Shown here: piece by piece, positions 1 to 9,673 of the stretch | Layout of the letters: the number at the start of each line of letters is the position of its first letter | Position numbering within the stretch: the stretch's first letter is position 1 | Assembly: GCA_031392925.1 (NCBI GenBank) | Contig: JANMVV010000378.1 | Coordinates: 4,766-68,765 of the forward strand | Direction: 5' to 3' | Origin: Vicinamibacteria bacterium | GTDB lineage: Bacteria > Acidobacteriota > Vicinamibacteria > Fen-336 > JAGNNV01 | DNA: 64,000 nt | The notes under the pieces: model-generated | What the model saw: only the letters and a program-made list of their open reading frames with translations | The model's database searches: none | Told to the model about the DNA's origin: nothing | Translations under genes and position numbers: made by a program

Positions 1-13
1 CGGAATAAGCAAC

Positions 14-142
14 GTCATTGCGAGGAGCCACTCCGTTGGTAACGCGACGAAGCAACCCCCTCCAGCCACCACCCAGCCTGCTTGGTAGTGGTAGGCGGGG
101 CTTGCTTCGGGCCGGTACCAACGGACCGGGCCCTCGCAATGA
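14..142. repeat. Long imperfect inverted repeat downstream of the tricorn protease gene. Arms of about 31 bp, 5' gtcattgcgaggagccactccgttggtaacg and 3' cggtaccaacggaccgggccctcgcaatgac, flank a roughly 65-bp spacer that carries a direct repeat cttggtagtggt (twice, at about 72-83 and 161-172).
   Basis: Outer 12 bp are exact reverse complements (gtcattgcgagg / cctcgcaatgac). Inner 10 bp tccgttggta / taccaacgga also pair. Lies 3' of the tricorn gene (stop at 184). Confidence 0.4.
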
Positions 143-183
143 CGAGAGGTCGGGCGGGGCTTGGTAGTGGTGGCCCGCGCGGT

Positions 184-3100
184 CTACTTCTTCTCCACCT
201 TCACCGGCCCTGCGGGCTTCTTCGGGTACTTGGCGCTACCCGCTTCGATTTTCTTCATCACCTCCGCGACCGCGCGCTCGAGTTGCTGATCCTTGCCGTC
301 GATGGTGGCCTTGACGTCATTGGTCACCTCGATGTCCGGATCGACGCCGTGGCCTTCGATGATCCACTCGCCCTTGGTGCTCGCCATGCCTGAGGTGGGG
401 ACGAAGATGGTGCCGCCATCGATGAGCGAGCCGGTGCCGTTGATGCCGACCACACCGCCCCAGGAGCGGCGGCCGATGAGCGGCCCGAGGCCCGCTTCGC
501 GGAACATGGCCGGGAAGATGTCGCCGTCCGAGGACGAGCGCTCGTCGAGAATCGCGGCCATGGGGCCGATGAAGACGCCGTCGGGGTAGGGATCAGCGAG
601 ATCGTCGGTGCGGCCGAAGTTCACCGCGAGCATCTTGCGGCGCAGCCGCTCGATGATCATGCGTGAGACGTTGCCGCCGCCGTTGGCGCGCACGTCGACG
701 ACCAGGCCATCCTTGCGAATCTGGCCGTAGTACCACTTGATGAACTCGCGGATGCCCGGCGCGCCCATGTCGGGGATGTGGAGATACCCGACGCGGCTAC
801 CGGTCAGTTCGCTCACCTTGCGGCGGTTCTTGTTGATCCAGTCAAGATAGTTGAGGTCCGACTCGCTGGTGATCGAGCTGTAGGTGACGGTGCGTGAGCC
901 GTCCATCGCCGGTTTCGAATTCAACGTCAGCGAGATCGGACGATCCGCCTTGCCGCGCAGGTGCATGTAGGGATCCTGATCGGCCTTCAACTCGACCCCA
1001 TCGATGGCGAGGACGTAGTCACCCACGTTCGCGTTGACGCCGATCTCGGTGAGGGGCGAGCGGTAGATATCTTCTTCGTTCTGGCCTTCGAAGATCTTCG
1101 AGAGCTTGAACCTCCCCGCCGCCTTGTCGAGCGCGAACAAGGCGCCCGGGAGGGCCACGCGCGGACGGGGCGGAATCTGGAAATCGCCGCCCTCGACGTA
1201 GGCGTGCTGAATGGTCAGTTCCGAGATCATTTCGCTGATCACGTAGTTGAGGTCGGACCGGTGGGCCACGAAGGGTAGCCACGCGGCGTACTGTTTGCGC
1301 AACGCCTCCCAGTCGAAGCCGTGCATGTTGTCGACGTAGAACCAGTCGCGATAGCGACGCCACACTTCGTTGAAGATCTGGTTCCACTCCTGCTCGGGAA
1401 CGCGGTCGACCATGAGGCCGGCGGTCGCGACTGTCTTCTTCGACGAGGCGCCCGAAGGTGTGGCATCCATGAGCGTCCAGGTCGCGCCGGTGTGGACGAG
1501 GACCTTCGAGCCGTCGCCGGAGAGAGCGTAGCCCGCCATGTCGTCCGCGAGTGTGGTCTCCTTGCGGTCCTTGAGGGAATAGATGCGGAGCGACGTCTTG
1601 CGGTCGCCATCGCGGCCATAGAAGAACGCGGAACCCGCGGTGTAGAGGAGGTGGCCCTTCTTGGCGGTGAGCCCGGAGTAGTTGTCCGCCTCGACGGGGA
1701 CCTTCGCGACTCGCTTCATGATGCCGTCGAAGTCGATGGTGAGATCTTCGGCGAGTTTCGGCGGGGGAGACGCGGCCGGGCTCGCGGCCGGCGAGGGCGA
1801 CGGGCTGGGCGCTGGCGTGGCCGTAGCAAAGCTCACTTCATCGCTCTCGGGGGGAAACGGATGCTTCACGTCCTTGCGCAGGGCCATCGCGAAGATGCCG
1901 GTGGTGCGGTTCGACGCGTAGTTGAACTCGACGGTGGAGATCTGCGGCGCGTATTGCCTATCGGAAAAGAAGTAGAGAAAACTGCCCTCCGGATCCCACA
2001 CCGGCTCCTGGGCGTTGTACTGCTCTTCGGTGACCTGGTGAAGCTGGCCGTTCGGCGAACCGCCTTCGCTCCAGATGAAGACGCTGCGGAACGTGTTGGG
2101 ATTGGCGGAGCTGAAGGCGAGGTGATGGCCCTTGGGCGACCAGGTGTAGTCGTGCACCTGATCGCGCGGCGCATCGTAGGCCTGCTTGAGCGACTTGTCC
2201 TCGAACGAGTAAATCCAGATGCGTCCGTCCTTGTCCGAGAACGCGATCCGCTTGCCGTCAGCCGACCACTCGGGCGCGTACCGCATCGCCTTGCCCCCGT
2301 TTGTGAGCCGCTCCGGCTTGCTCGAACCGTCCTGCGCGACCACGTACAACTCTTCTTCGCCGGAGAGGTCGGAGATGAACGCGATCCTCGAGCCGTCGGG
2401 CGACCAGCGCGCCCACTTGTCGTGCGCTCCCGAAGTGCCGGTGAGATTGCGGGTAAAGCCCTTTTCGATGGGTGTGGTGAAGATGTCGCCGCGGGCGCTG
2501 AAGAGAGCCCGTTCGCCCTTGGGCGAGAGCTGCGCGTCTTCGATCTGACCGGCGGCCGAGACGCGCGAGGCGCGCTTCCACAGGCCGTCGTCGGGCACGT
2601 CGATATTGAGCGCGGCGCTCTTCCCCGTCTTCACGTCGAGGACGTTCAGCTCGCCGCTCTGTTCATAGATGATCCGGCCGGTGCGATCCGAACCCGGCCA
2701 TCGCACGTCCCACACCTTGCTCGTCGTGACCTGAGTGGTCCTGGCGGTGGGCACGTCGTAGGCGTAGAGGTTGAACGTGCCGTCGCGGTCGGAGTTGAAA
2801 TAGATGGTGTTCCCGATCCACATCGGGTCGCGATCGGAGCGGACGCTGTCGATGACGCGCTTCCCCTCGTTGGTCTTGAGGTCGAAGATGAAGAGATCGT
2901 TCGCGAAGCCGCCGCTGTAACGCTTCTCCGGCCGGAAGTCGCGATAGAGAGGCGAGTAGACGAGCTTGGTGCCATCCGGCGAGTACTCGCCCGCGCCGGA
3001 CTCGGGCATGGGCAGAGCTTCGGCTGGGCCGCCGGCCATGGGGACGGTGTAGAGCCGTGTCTTGCCGAGCGTCCATGACTCACGGTGCGAGCGGAAGACG

Positions 3101-3516
3101 ATGGACTTGCCATCGGGCGTCCAGCCGTAGACCTGGTTGTCCCAACCCCAGCGCGGGGTCAGAGGACCGCGCGCGGGGTAGTACGTGAGCTGCTTCGGCT
3201 CGCCCCCACCCGCGGGCATGACATAGACCTGTTCGTCGCCGTCGTACTGACCCGTGAAAGCGATCCACTTGCCGTCGGGCGAGAAGTGGGCGAAGACTTC
3301 CATGCCCGGGTGCGCGGTGAGACGAACCGCGGCGCCGCCGCTCGCGGGCGCGGTCCAGATGTCACCGGCGTAGGTGAAGGCCACCTTGTCGCCGTGGATC
3401 GCCGGAAAGCGCAGAAGCCGGGTCTGGGCGCTCGCGGGTGACGATTCGGCCAGAGTCAGGGCCGCGAGCGCGGCGGCGAGAGAAACGGAAACCGATCGGA
3501 AGGAACCGACGCGCAT
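184..3516 (-). CDS. Tricorn protease homolog (S41-family peptidase with N-terminal beta-propeller repeats), 1110 aa, signal peptide
   Basis: N-terminal signal peptide (AAALAALTLAESSPASA). Repeated TolB-like propeller motifs (SPDGKWIAF, SPDGSRIAF, SADGKRIAF). C-terminal tail-specific-protease-like catalytic region (ANGGGNVS...SSSDGDIFP). Overall size and architecture match tricorn protease. Confidence 0.8.
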   Translation of the reverse strand: MRVGSFRSVSVSLAAALAALTLAESSPASAQTRLLRFPAIHGDKVAFTYAGDIWTAPASGGAAVRLTAHPGMEVFAHFSPDGKWIAFTGQYDGDEQVYVMPAGGGEPKQLTYYPARGPLTPRWGWDNQVYGWTPDGKSIVFRSHRESWTLGKTRLYTVPMAGGPAEALPMPESGAGEYSPDGTKLVYSPLYRDFRPEKRYSGGFANDLFIFDLKTNEGKRVIDSVRSDRDPMWIGNTIYFNSDRDGTFNLYAYDVPTARTTQVTTSKVWDVRWPGSDRTGRIIYEQSGELNVLDVKTGKSAALNIDVPDDGLWKRASRVSAAGQIEDAQLSPKGERALFSARGDIFTTPIEKGFTRNLTGTSGAHDKWARWSPDGSRIAFISDLSGEEELYVVAQDGSSKPERLTNGGKAMRYAPEWSADGKRIAFSDKDGRIWIYSFEDKSLKQAYDAPRDQVHDYTWSPKGHHLAFSSANPNTFRSVFIWSEGGSPNGQLHQVTEEQYNAQEPVWDPEGSFLYFFSDRQYAPQISTVEFNYASNRTTGIFAMALRKDVKHPFPPESDEVSFATATPAPSPSPSPAASPAASPPPKLAEDLTIDFDGIMKRVAKVPVEADNYSGLTAKKGHLLYTAGSAFFYGRDGDRKTSLRIYSLKDRKETTLADDMAGYALSGDGSKVLVHTGATWTLMDATPSGASSKKTVATAGLMVDRVPEQEWNQIFNEVWRRYRDWFYVDNMHGFDWEALRKQYAAWLPFVAHRSDLNYVISEMISELTIQHAYVEGGDFQIPPRPRVALPGALFALDKAAGRFKLSKIFEGQNEEDIYRSPLTEIGVNANVGDYVLAIDGVELKADQDPYMHLRGKADRPISLTLNSKPAMDGSRTVTYSSITSESDLNYLDWINKNRRKVSELTGSRVGYLHIPDMGAPGIREFIKWYYGQIRKDGLVVDVRANGGGNVSRMIIERLRRKMLAVNFGRTDDLADPYPDGVFIGPMAAILDERSSSDGDIFPAMFREAGLGPLIGRRSWGGVVGINGTGSLIDGGTIFVPTSGMASTKGEWIIEGHGVDPDIEVTNDVKATIDGKDQQLERAVAEVMKKIEAGSAKYPKKPAGPVKVEKK

Positions 3517-3962
3517 CAGCGCCTCTCCGGCGCGGGCGGCGCCACCACCACGAGGGGCACGTCCCAGTGCGCCTCGAGGATCTCGAAACGACGCTGCTCT
3601 TCCTTCTTGAACGTCTCCTGATCGGGGTAAAGCCGCTTCTGGATGGCCGACTCCTGATTGGGCCCCACAAAAGCGTTCATGTTCGCGAAGGTGATGACGA
3701 CCAGGAACGTCCAGTCGGCGCGCCCGTCTCCGTGATACGTCGGGCGCATGACCTCAACGCCGGTGATCCGGCCCTTGTCGCCCATCTGCGCTTGCAGAAC
3801 CGGGTAGTGATTCTTGAAGAAGAGGCGCTCGAACTCGTCCTGATAGCCCCATTTCACCTTGTAGTAGTAGGCGGCGCGGACCGGACCGTCCTGGGCCTGA
3901 GCCTGAAACGGCAACGCCACGGCCAGAAGCAAGGCGACAGCGAGAGAGATGGTCTTCTTCAT
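3516..3962 (-). CDS. Small secreted protein of unknown function (148 aa), translationally coupled (ATGA overlap) to the tricorn protease start
   Basis: Signal peptide MKKTISLAVALLLAVALPFQAQA. Its stop TGA overlaps the tricorn ATG at 3514-3518. No recognisable catalytic motif. Confidence 0.5.
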   Translation of the reverse strand: MKKTISLAVALLLAVALPFQAQAQDGPVRAAYYYKVKWGYQDEFERLFFKNHYPVLQAQMGDKGRITGVEVMRPTYHGDGRADWTFLVVITFANMNAFVGPNQESAIQKRLYPDQETFKKEEQRRFEILEAHWDVPLVVVAPPAPERR

Positions 3963-4195
3963 GAGGGCCCCTTTCGAAGGTGAAGGCGGAATTCTAGGGC
4001 CGAGGTGGCTCGCCGCCGATCAAGACGATCTCGGAGCTACGCCCTGGCTTCGAGTTACGCGCTTTTCGGTTCAGAGATAACCGTGTTTCCGTGACGGCGC
4101 TGGCCAGGGTGATGGCGAGTGCCGGATTGAGCCGGGCGCGAACAACCTCCATCCGACCAAACCTGGCAGATGTTTCATGGGCATAATCCACGGAC

Positions 4196-5320
4196 ATGCC
4201 CTTTGAAGCGACACTCTTCAAGCCCGTCTCCGGCGAATCGGCGAAGGTGTCCGTGCGGACCTTCGGCTCTTCGCTGGAGGTGACCGGAGGGAGCGAGACC
4301 CTCCACATCGACCCGGCCAGGTGCGCCCTGACCGCGGGTGGGTGGGACCGGGAGTCCATTCAGATCGCATGGCCGGGCGCGGGCGGCATGTGGGCGATCA
4401 CGTCGAAAGATCCCGGCGCCAGGGACGAGCTGGCGCGAATCGCGCAGTTCCACGCCGCCCTGGGCGAGGCCGCCCGGGTTCAGGCCAGCACACGCCGAAG
4501 CGGCCATTTCGGCCTGACCATGGTCGCACTTCTCACCCTGCTCCCCGTGCTCCTGCTGGTCGGCCTGCTGGTCTTCCGGAATCAGATCGTCGATTTCGTC
4601 CTCGCACGGGTCCCCGTCACCGTCGATCAGGAAGTCGGAAAGATGTTCGAAGGGGAGGTCCTTCGCTCGGCGGACACGGTGGCGGAGAATGAGGCGACCC
4701 GGGCGGTGAACCTCATCGTGGATCGGCTCAAGGCCGCGAATCCAGACCAGCGATTCGCGTTCAAGGTCAGCGTCCAGCGAAACCAGGAAGTGAACGCCTT
4801 CGCCGCGCCGGGCGGCTTGATCGTGGTGTACACCGGTCTCATCAACGAAGCGGGCTCGGCCGAGGAGGTGGCGGGCGTGCTCGCCCACGAAATGGCGCAC
4901 GCCACGAACCGGCATTCGATGCGACAGCTGATCTACGCGGGCGGCCTGCTTCCCCTCATGGGCCTGCTCATCGGTCAGCCCGACGCGGCCGCGCTCTTCC
5001 AGAACCTCGGAAAGCTCTCGGAATTGAAGTTCTCGAGGACGCAGGAGGAGGACGCCGATCGAACCGGTTTCGAGACTCTGGTGGCCGCCCGCGTATCCAC
5101 CGACGGCATGGCGCGATTCTTCGATCGACTCGCGAGGGCCGACGGGCCCCAGCCATCTTTCCTGTCGACTCATCCTTCAAGCATCGACCGGGCCGGCATT
5201 ATCCGGGAGCGCACGAAGGCGCTCAATCATGCCGACGTGAAACCGTTGCCCATAGACTGGAACTCGGTGAAAGCCTCGATCGCCGGCCTGGCTCCTTCCG
5301 GTGCTGGAGGGGTGCGATGA
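4196..5320 (+). CDS. M48 family zinc metallopeptidase (Ste24/HtpX/BepA-like), membrane-anchored
   Basis: HExxH zinc motif VLAHEMAHATNRH. Hydrophobic TM segment LTMVALLTLLPVLLLVGLLVF. Downstream EED motif (SRTQEEDADRTGF). Confidence 0.8.
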   Translation: MPFEATLFKPVSGESAKVSVRTFGSSLEVTGGSETLHIDPARCALTAGGWDRESIQIAWPGAGGMWAITSKDPGARDELARIAQFHAALGEAARVQASTRRSGHFGLTMVALLTLLPVLLLVGLLVFRNQIVDFVLARVPVTVDQEVGKMFEGEVLRSADTVAENEATRAVNLIVDRLKAANPDQRFAFKVSVQRNQEVNAFAAPGGLIVVYTGLINEAGSAEEVAGVLAHEMAHATNRHSMRQLIYAGGLLPLMGLLIGQPDAAALFQNLGKLSELKFSRTQEEDADRTGFETLVAARVSTDGMARFFDRLARADGPQPSFLSTHPSSIDRAGIIRERTKALNHADVKPLPIDWNSVKASIAGLAPSGAGGVR

Positions 5321-6672
5321 GCGGAGTCGACGTCTCGACGCTCCCCACCTCGGACGAAGGGAACTATCCAAACCCCGCCTACGCCTGGTACGTCGTGGGC
5401 GTGCTGTGCTTCGGGTACCTCTTCGCGTTCGTCGACCGCATCATTGTCGGCCTTTTGACTCCGGCCATTCAGGCCGATCTCGGGATCACCGACACGCAGG
5501 CGGGCCTCCTTCAGGGATTCGCCTTCGCGCTCTTCTACACAGTGTTCGGAATCCCGGTCGGCCTCGTGGCCGACCGCTGGAGCCGCAAGGCGCTGCTCTC
5601 CGCCGGCATGACCATCTGGAGCGCCATGACCGCGGTCTGCGGTCTCGCGAGTTCCTTCTGGGTTCTCTTCGCGGCCCGGGTGGGCGTGGGTGTTGGTGAA
5701 GCGACCCTCAACCCGTGCGCGGCCTCGCTGATCGGCGACTACTTCCCGCCGAAGACGCGGCCAAAAGCGTTCGGCGTGTACGTCATGGGCACGGCCCTCG
5801 GCTCAGCCCTCACGTATCTCACCGGCGGACTGGTGATCGGCACGCTGCAGAAGTTCACCACAATTCCCGTTCCGTTCCTGGGCGATCTGAAACCCTGGCA
5901 GGTGACCTTTCTGATCGTCGGCCTGCCTGGCCTCATCCCGGCACTCCTTTTCATGCTGACGGTCAAGGAACCGAAGCGGCTCGACCTCGCGGCTGCGAAC
6001 AGGGGCCGGGCCTCGTGGGCGGAGACGCGCGCGTTTCTGGCCACGAACCGAACGACATTCTTCTGTCAGTTCGCGGGCGTTGCCCTGGTTGTCATGTCGG
6101 TCTACGGCTTCGTGAACTGGCTGCCGAGTTACTTTCTGCGCGTCCATGGATGGAGCCCGGCGAAGTTCTCGATTCAGTACGGCATCTTCGGAGGCCTCGC
6201 CGGCGTCGCGAGCGCGCTCTCCGCGGGCGGGGCCGCGTCTTTCCTGCGGCGCAAGGGCTATGCCGACGGAACGCTTCGTGCGTGTGCTCTCGGCTGCGCG
6301 GGCTCCGCTTTGGGCGCCACGATCGCGCCCTTGATGCCCACTCCGGAAATGGCGCTCGGGCTGTATGTCCTTACCGGCTTGTTCGTGAACTACCCCACGG
6401 TGCTCAGTCTGTCGGCCATCGCCGAGGTGACGCCCAACGAGATGCGCGCCCTGGTGACCTCCATCTACATTCTTCTCATCGGCCTCGTCTCATCCGGGCT
6501 GGGTCCGATCGCCGTCGGTTTCGTCACCGACCGCGTCTTTCATGACAAGCAGGCCATCGGGTGGTCGCTCGCCCTGGTCACCGCGGTGACCGGAGGCCTC
6601 GGATCGGCGCTCGTGTTCTACGGCCTCAAGGCGTATCGCGAGAGCCTCGCCCGGGTCACCTGGGGCCGTTAG
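5317..6672 (+). CDS. MFS transporter (12-TM major facilitator)
   Basis: MFS signature GLVADRWSRK between TM2 and TM3. Repeated 6+6 hydrophobic helices. ATGA overlap with the upstream gene. Confidence 0.8.
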   Translation: MSGVDVSTLPTSDEGNYPNPAYAWYVVGVLCFGYLFAFVDRIIVGLLTPAIQADLGITDTQAGLLQGFAFALFYTVFGIPVGLVADRWSRKALLSAGMTIWSAMTAVCGLASSFWVLFAARVGVGVGEATLNPCAASLIGDYFPPKTRPKAFGVYVMGTALGSALTYLTGGLVIGTLQKFTTIPVPFLGDLKPWQVTFLIVGLPGLIPALLFMLTVKEPKRLDLAAANRGRASWAETRAFLATNRTTFFCQFAGVALVVMSVYGFVNWLPSYFLRVHGWSPAKFSIQYGIFGGLAGVASALSAGGAASFLRRKGYADGTLRACALGCAGSALGATIAPLMPTPEMALGLYVLTGLFVNYPTVLSLSAIAEVTPNEMRALVTSIYILLIGLVSSGLGPIAVGFVTDRVFHDKQAIGWSLALVTAVTGGLGSALVFYGLKAYRESLARVTWGR

Positions 6673-6682
6673 CCCCTGGCCA

Positions 6683-9133
6683 CTAACGCGCGAGCGCGGC
6701 GGCTCGGATGATGTCCGCGAAGACACCCGAGGCGGTGACTTCCGGGCCCGCACCCGGGCCGCGCACCACCAGCGGCGATTCGGGGTAACGATCGGTCCAG
6801 AACGCGACCATGTTGTCCCCGCCGCGCAGCGAGGCGAAGGGGCTCGTCCGCTCCACGCGCCGGAGGCCGACCTCCGCGACGCCGTCCACCACCGAAGCGA
6901 GATAACAGAGCCGGCCTCCATCGAGCGAGGCCTCCTGCGCTCGCTTCTCCATGACCGCGTCGAGCTCCGGGAGACGCTTCCAGAACTCTTCGATCGGCAG
7001 GACGTCCCACTCCGGTCCGGGCAGAAGGGAGTGTCGATCCACCCCGGACGCCTCGATCGGCATGCCGGCTTCGCGGGCGAGAATGAGGATCTTCCGCGCC
7101 ACGTCCGAACCGGAAAGATCCTCGCGCGGGTTCGGCTCGGTGTAGCCAAGGGCGTGCGCCTCCCGGAGCGCCACGCTGAATGCGACGCCGTCGGCCACCT
7201 TGGTCGTGAGAAAGCCGAGGGTGCCGGAAAGCGCGCCCTCGATCCGGCGGACGCGATCGCCGGTGCGCACCAGGTCCGCGAGCGTTCCGACCACGGGAAG
7301 CGCCGCGCCCACCGTGGTCTCGTGGAAGAGGGCCCCGCGACCCCGGCGCCGCCCCGCCTTGATCGCCTTGTAGGTCGCTAGATCTCCGCCGAAAGGACGC
7401 TTGTTCGCCGACACCACGTGAACCCCGGCATCGAGGAGGCGGGTGTAGTGCCGCATCGTCTCTTCGCTGTCCGTGCAGTCGACGAAGACGGCGCTGGAGC
7501 GCCGGCTGGCCACGGCGGCGCGGACCAGCAATTCGAGGTCTGCGGCCGTCCCCTCGGCCTCAACGGTTTGTCGCAGAGCGGCGCCTGGAATCCCCGTGGG
7601 CCGTATCAGCAGGTGCCTGCTGGTGGAAGCGCCGTCGATCTCGAGCCGGAGCTCGGCACGCGCGCGGAGGCCCTCGGACTGCGCGGTCATCTGCTCGACC
7701 AGCCGCCTGCCGACTCGACCCAGGCCGGCAATGAAGACGGAGACCGTCCGGTGATCGGCGAAGAAGGCCTCGTGGATCGCGTTCACCGCGCGCTTCTGGT
7801 CGTGCCGGCTGACCACGCAGGAGATGTTCAGCTCCGACGAGCCCTGGGAGATGGCGCGCACGTTCACGTGCGCTTCGCCTAACACCCCGAAGATCCGGCC
7901 GGCGCTGCCGGGGGTTTCCCGCATGGCCGCACCCACGACCGCGATGACGCTGGTATCGGGCTCGACGACCAGGTCGTCGATGAGGCCCGCCTGCCGCTCG
8001 AGCACGAACTCGGCGGCGATGCTCGCCCCCGCGCGCGCCACGGCCGCCGGCTCGATGGCGAAGCAGATCGAATGCTCCGAAGAGGCCTGGGAAATGAGGA
8101 TCACGCTCACGCTCTCGCGCGCCAGCGCGCCGAAAAGGCGCATGGCGATGCCGGGCACGCCCACCATCCCGTCGCCCTCGAGACGAAGGAGCGCCACATT
8201 CGAGATCGAGGCCACGCCGCGCACGCCCATGGGCGCCGGTGAGGCCTCCTCGCGGATCCAGGTTCCCTGGAAGGCGGGGTTCAGCGTGTTCTTGATGACC
8301 AGGGGAATGTTCTTCGCGCGGGCAGGGTGCACGGTGGGCGGATAGACCACCTTGGCCCCGAAATGCGACAGCTCCATCAGCTCGTCGTAGCGAAGAGACT
8401 CCAGGGAGAACGCCGTGGGCACGATCCGGGGATCAGCACTCATGACCCCGTCGACGTCGGTCCAGATCTCGATGGCCTCGGCGTCGAGGGCCGCGCCGAA
8501 GATTGCCGCGGTGTAGTCGGAGCCGCCGCGGCCGAGCGTCGCGGTCTCGCCCGATTTCGTGGCGCCGATGAAGCCGGTGACCACGGGGATCGCGGTCGCG
8601 TCCTTCCACCATTCGCGAATGCGGGCGTTGGTCCCCTCGAAGTCCACCCGAGCCGAGCCGAAGGTCTCATCCGTGGCCACGAGCGATCGGGCATCGATGG
8701 CATCCGCCTGATGACCCTGCGCGCGGAACGCAGCGGCGACGACCTGGGCGGAGAGGCGCTCTCCAAAGCTCGCGATACTGTCCAGGGTGCGAGGCGTGCA
8801 TTCACGGACCAGGGAGACGCCATGGAGCAGATCGCGCAGGTCAACCGTCGCCTGCTCAATCTGCCGCAGGAGGCCGGCACGCTCCTCGAGACCCAACAGA
8901 TCGAGGGCAACGCCCGCATGACGCTTCGCCATGGCGTCAAGATCCGACCGCCATTCGGAGGACCCCTTGACCGCCCGCTGCGACATCTCGATCAGCGCGT
9001 TGGTCACGCCGCCGAATGCGGACACGACGACGACAATCCGGCCCGCGGCGGACGCCTCGGAAACCAGGCGGAGGACTCCCCGGATCCGGTCGGGCGAGCC
9101 GACCGATGTCCCTCCGAATTTCATGATTCTCAT
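6683..9133 (-). CDS. thrA: Bifunctional aspartokinase / homoserine dehydrogenase (ThrA-like), about 816 aa
   Basis: Aspartokinase N-terminus MRIMKFGGTSVG. ACT-domain region. Homoserine dehydrogenase NAD-binding motif FIAGLGRVGRRL and C-terminal HSDH catalytic region. The track ORF extends to 9676, but the 181-aa N-terminal extension has no homology and true start MRIM or MKFGG sits at 9133/9124. Confidence 0.8.
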   Translation of the reverse strand: MRIMKFGGTSVGSPDRIRGVLRLVSEASAAGRIVVVVSAFGGVTNALIEMSQRAVKGSSEWRSDLDAMAKRHAGVALDLLGLEERAGLLRQIEQATVDLRDLLHGVSLVRECTPRTLDSIASFGERLSAQVVAAAFRAQGHQADAIDARSLVATDETFGSARVDFEGTNARIREWWKDATAIPVVTGFIGATKSGETATLGRGGSDYTAAIFGAALDAEAIEIWTDVDGVMSADPRIVPTAFSLESLRYDELMELSHFGAKVVYPPTVHPARAKNIPLVIKNTLNPAFQGTWIREEASPAPMGVRGVASISNVALLRLEGDGMVGVPGIAMRLFGALARESVSVILISQASSEHSICFAIEPAAVARAGASIAAEFVLERQAGLIDDLVVEPDTSVIAVVGAAMRETPGSAGRIFGVLGEAHVNVRAISQGSSELNISCVVSRHDQKRAVNAIHEAFFADHRTVSVFIAGLGRVGRRLVEQMTAQSEGLRARAELRLEIDGASTSRHLLIRPTGIPGAALRQTVEAEGTAADLELLVRAAVASRRSSAVFVDCTDSEETMRHYTRLLDAGVHVVSANKRPFGGDLATYKAIKAGRRRGRGALFHETTVGAALPVVGTLADLVRTGDRVRRIEGALSGTLGFLTTKVADGVAFSVALREAHALGYTEPNPREDLSGSDVARKILILAREAGMPIEASGVDRHSLLPGPEWDVLPIEEFWKRLPELDAVMEKRAQEASLDGGRLCYLASVVDGVAEVGLRRVERTSPFASLRGGDNMVAFWTDRYPESPLVVRGPGAGPEVTASGVFADIIRAAALAR

Positions 9134-9253
9134 GGCCTGGAAGCGGGGCTTCGAACCCGCGCGGGAAGAAGAGTTTATGGGCAACGGTCCTTCGGACGGG
9201 CCGGTCGGGCTTTTGGGGTATTGGGCCGGGATCGCTACCATTGAGGCTGAATC

Positions 9254-9673
9254 ATGACCAGCACGCCCGGGCCCGACTTCACTTTGAACCTTACCTGGCA
9301 GGGGGAGCAGCGCTTTTCCGGCACTTCGGACGGCGGCGTTTCGATGACCGTGGACGGCAAACGCCAGGCCGGTCCTTCGCCGGTTCAGGCCGTGGCATTC
9401 GCGCTTGCCGGCTGCATGGGCATCGATGTGGTGGACATGATCGAGAAGGGCCGCCTTCCGCTGAAATCGGTCACCTGCGACCTGCGCATCTTTCGAGACA
9501 GCGGGACGCCGCGCAAGATCATCGGGTGCGACCTCCACTTTCTCGTGACGGGCGATGTCCCGGCGGATCGGATCGCCCGGGCCATCGAATTGTCGCGCGA
9601 GAAGTACTGCTCGGTCTGGCACTCGCTCCACCCCGCGATCGATTTCAAGACAAGCTTTACCGTGAATCCGTGA
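9254..9673 (+). CDS. osmC: OsmC/Ohr family peroxiredoxin-like protein
   Basis: Length 139 aa. The two conserved cysteines are in context (LAGCMGIDV and KYCSVWHSL). Typical OsmC fold sequence. Confidence 0.8.
   Translation: MTSTPGPDFTLNLTWQGEQRFSGTSDGGVSMTVDGKRQAGPSPVQAVAFALAGCMGIDVVDMIEKGRLPLKSVTCDLRIFRDSGTPRKIIGCDLHFLVTGDVPADRIARAIELSREKYCSVWHSLHPAIDFKTSFTVNP

Noticed and set aside
1321-3078. 585-aa plus-strand ORF antisense to the tricorn protease gene
   Set aside because: Arg/Gly/Ala/Val-rich low-complexity translation with no motifs, fully nested opposite a strongly supported 1110-aa gene. Typical high-GC shadow ORF.
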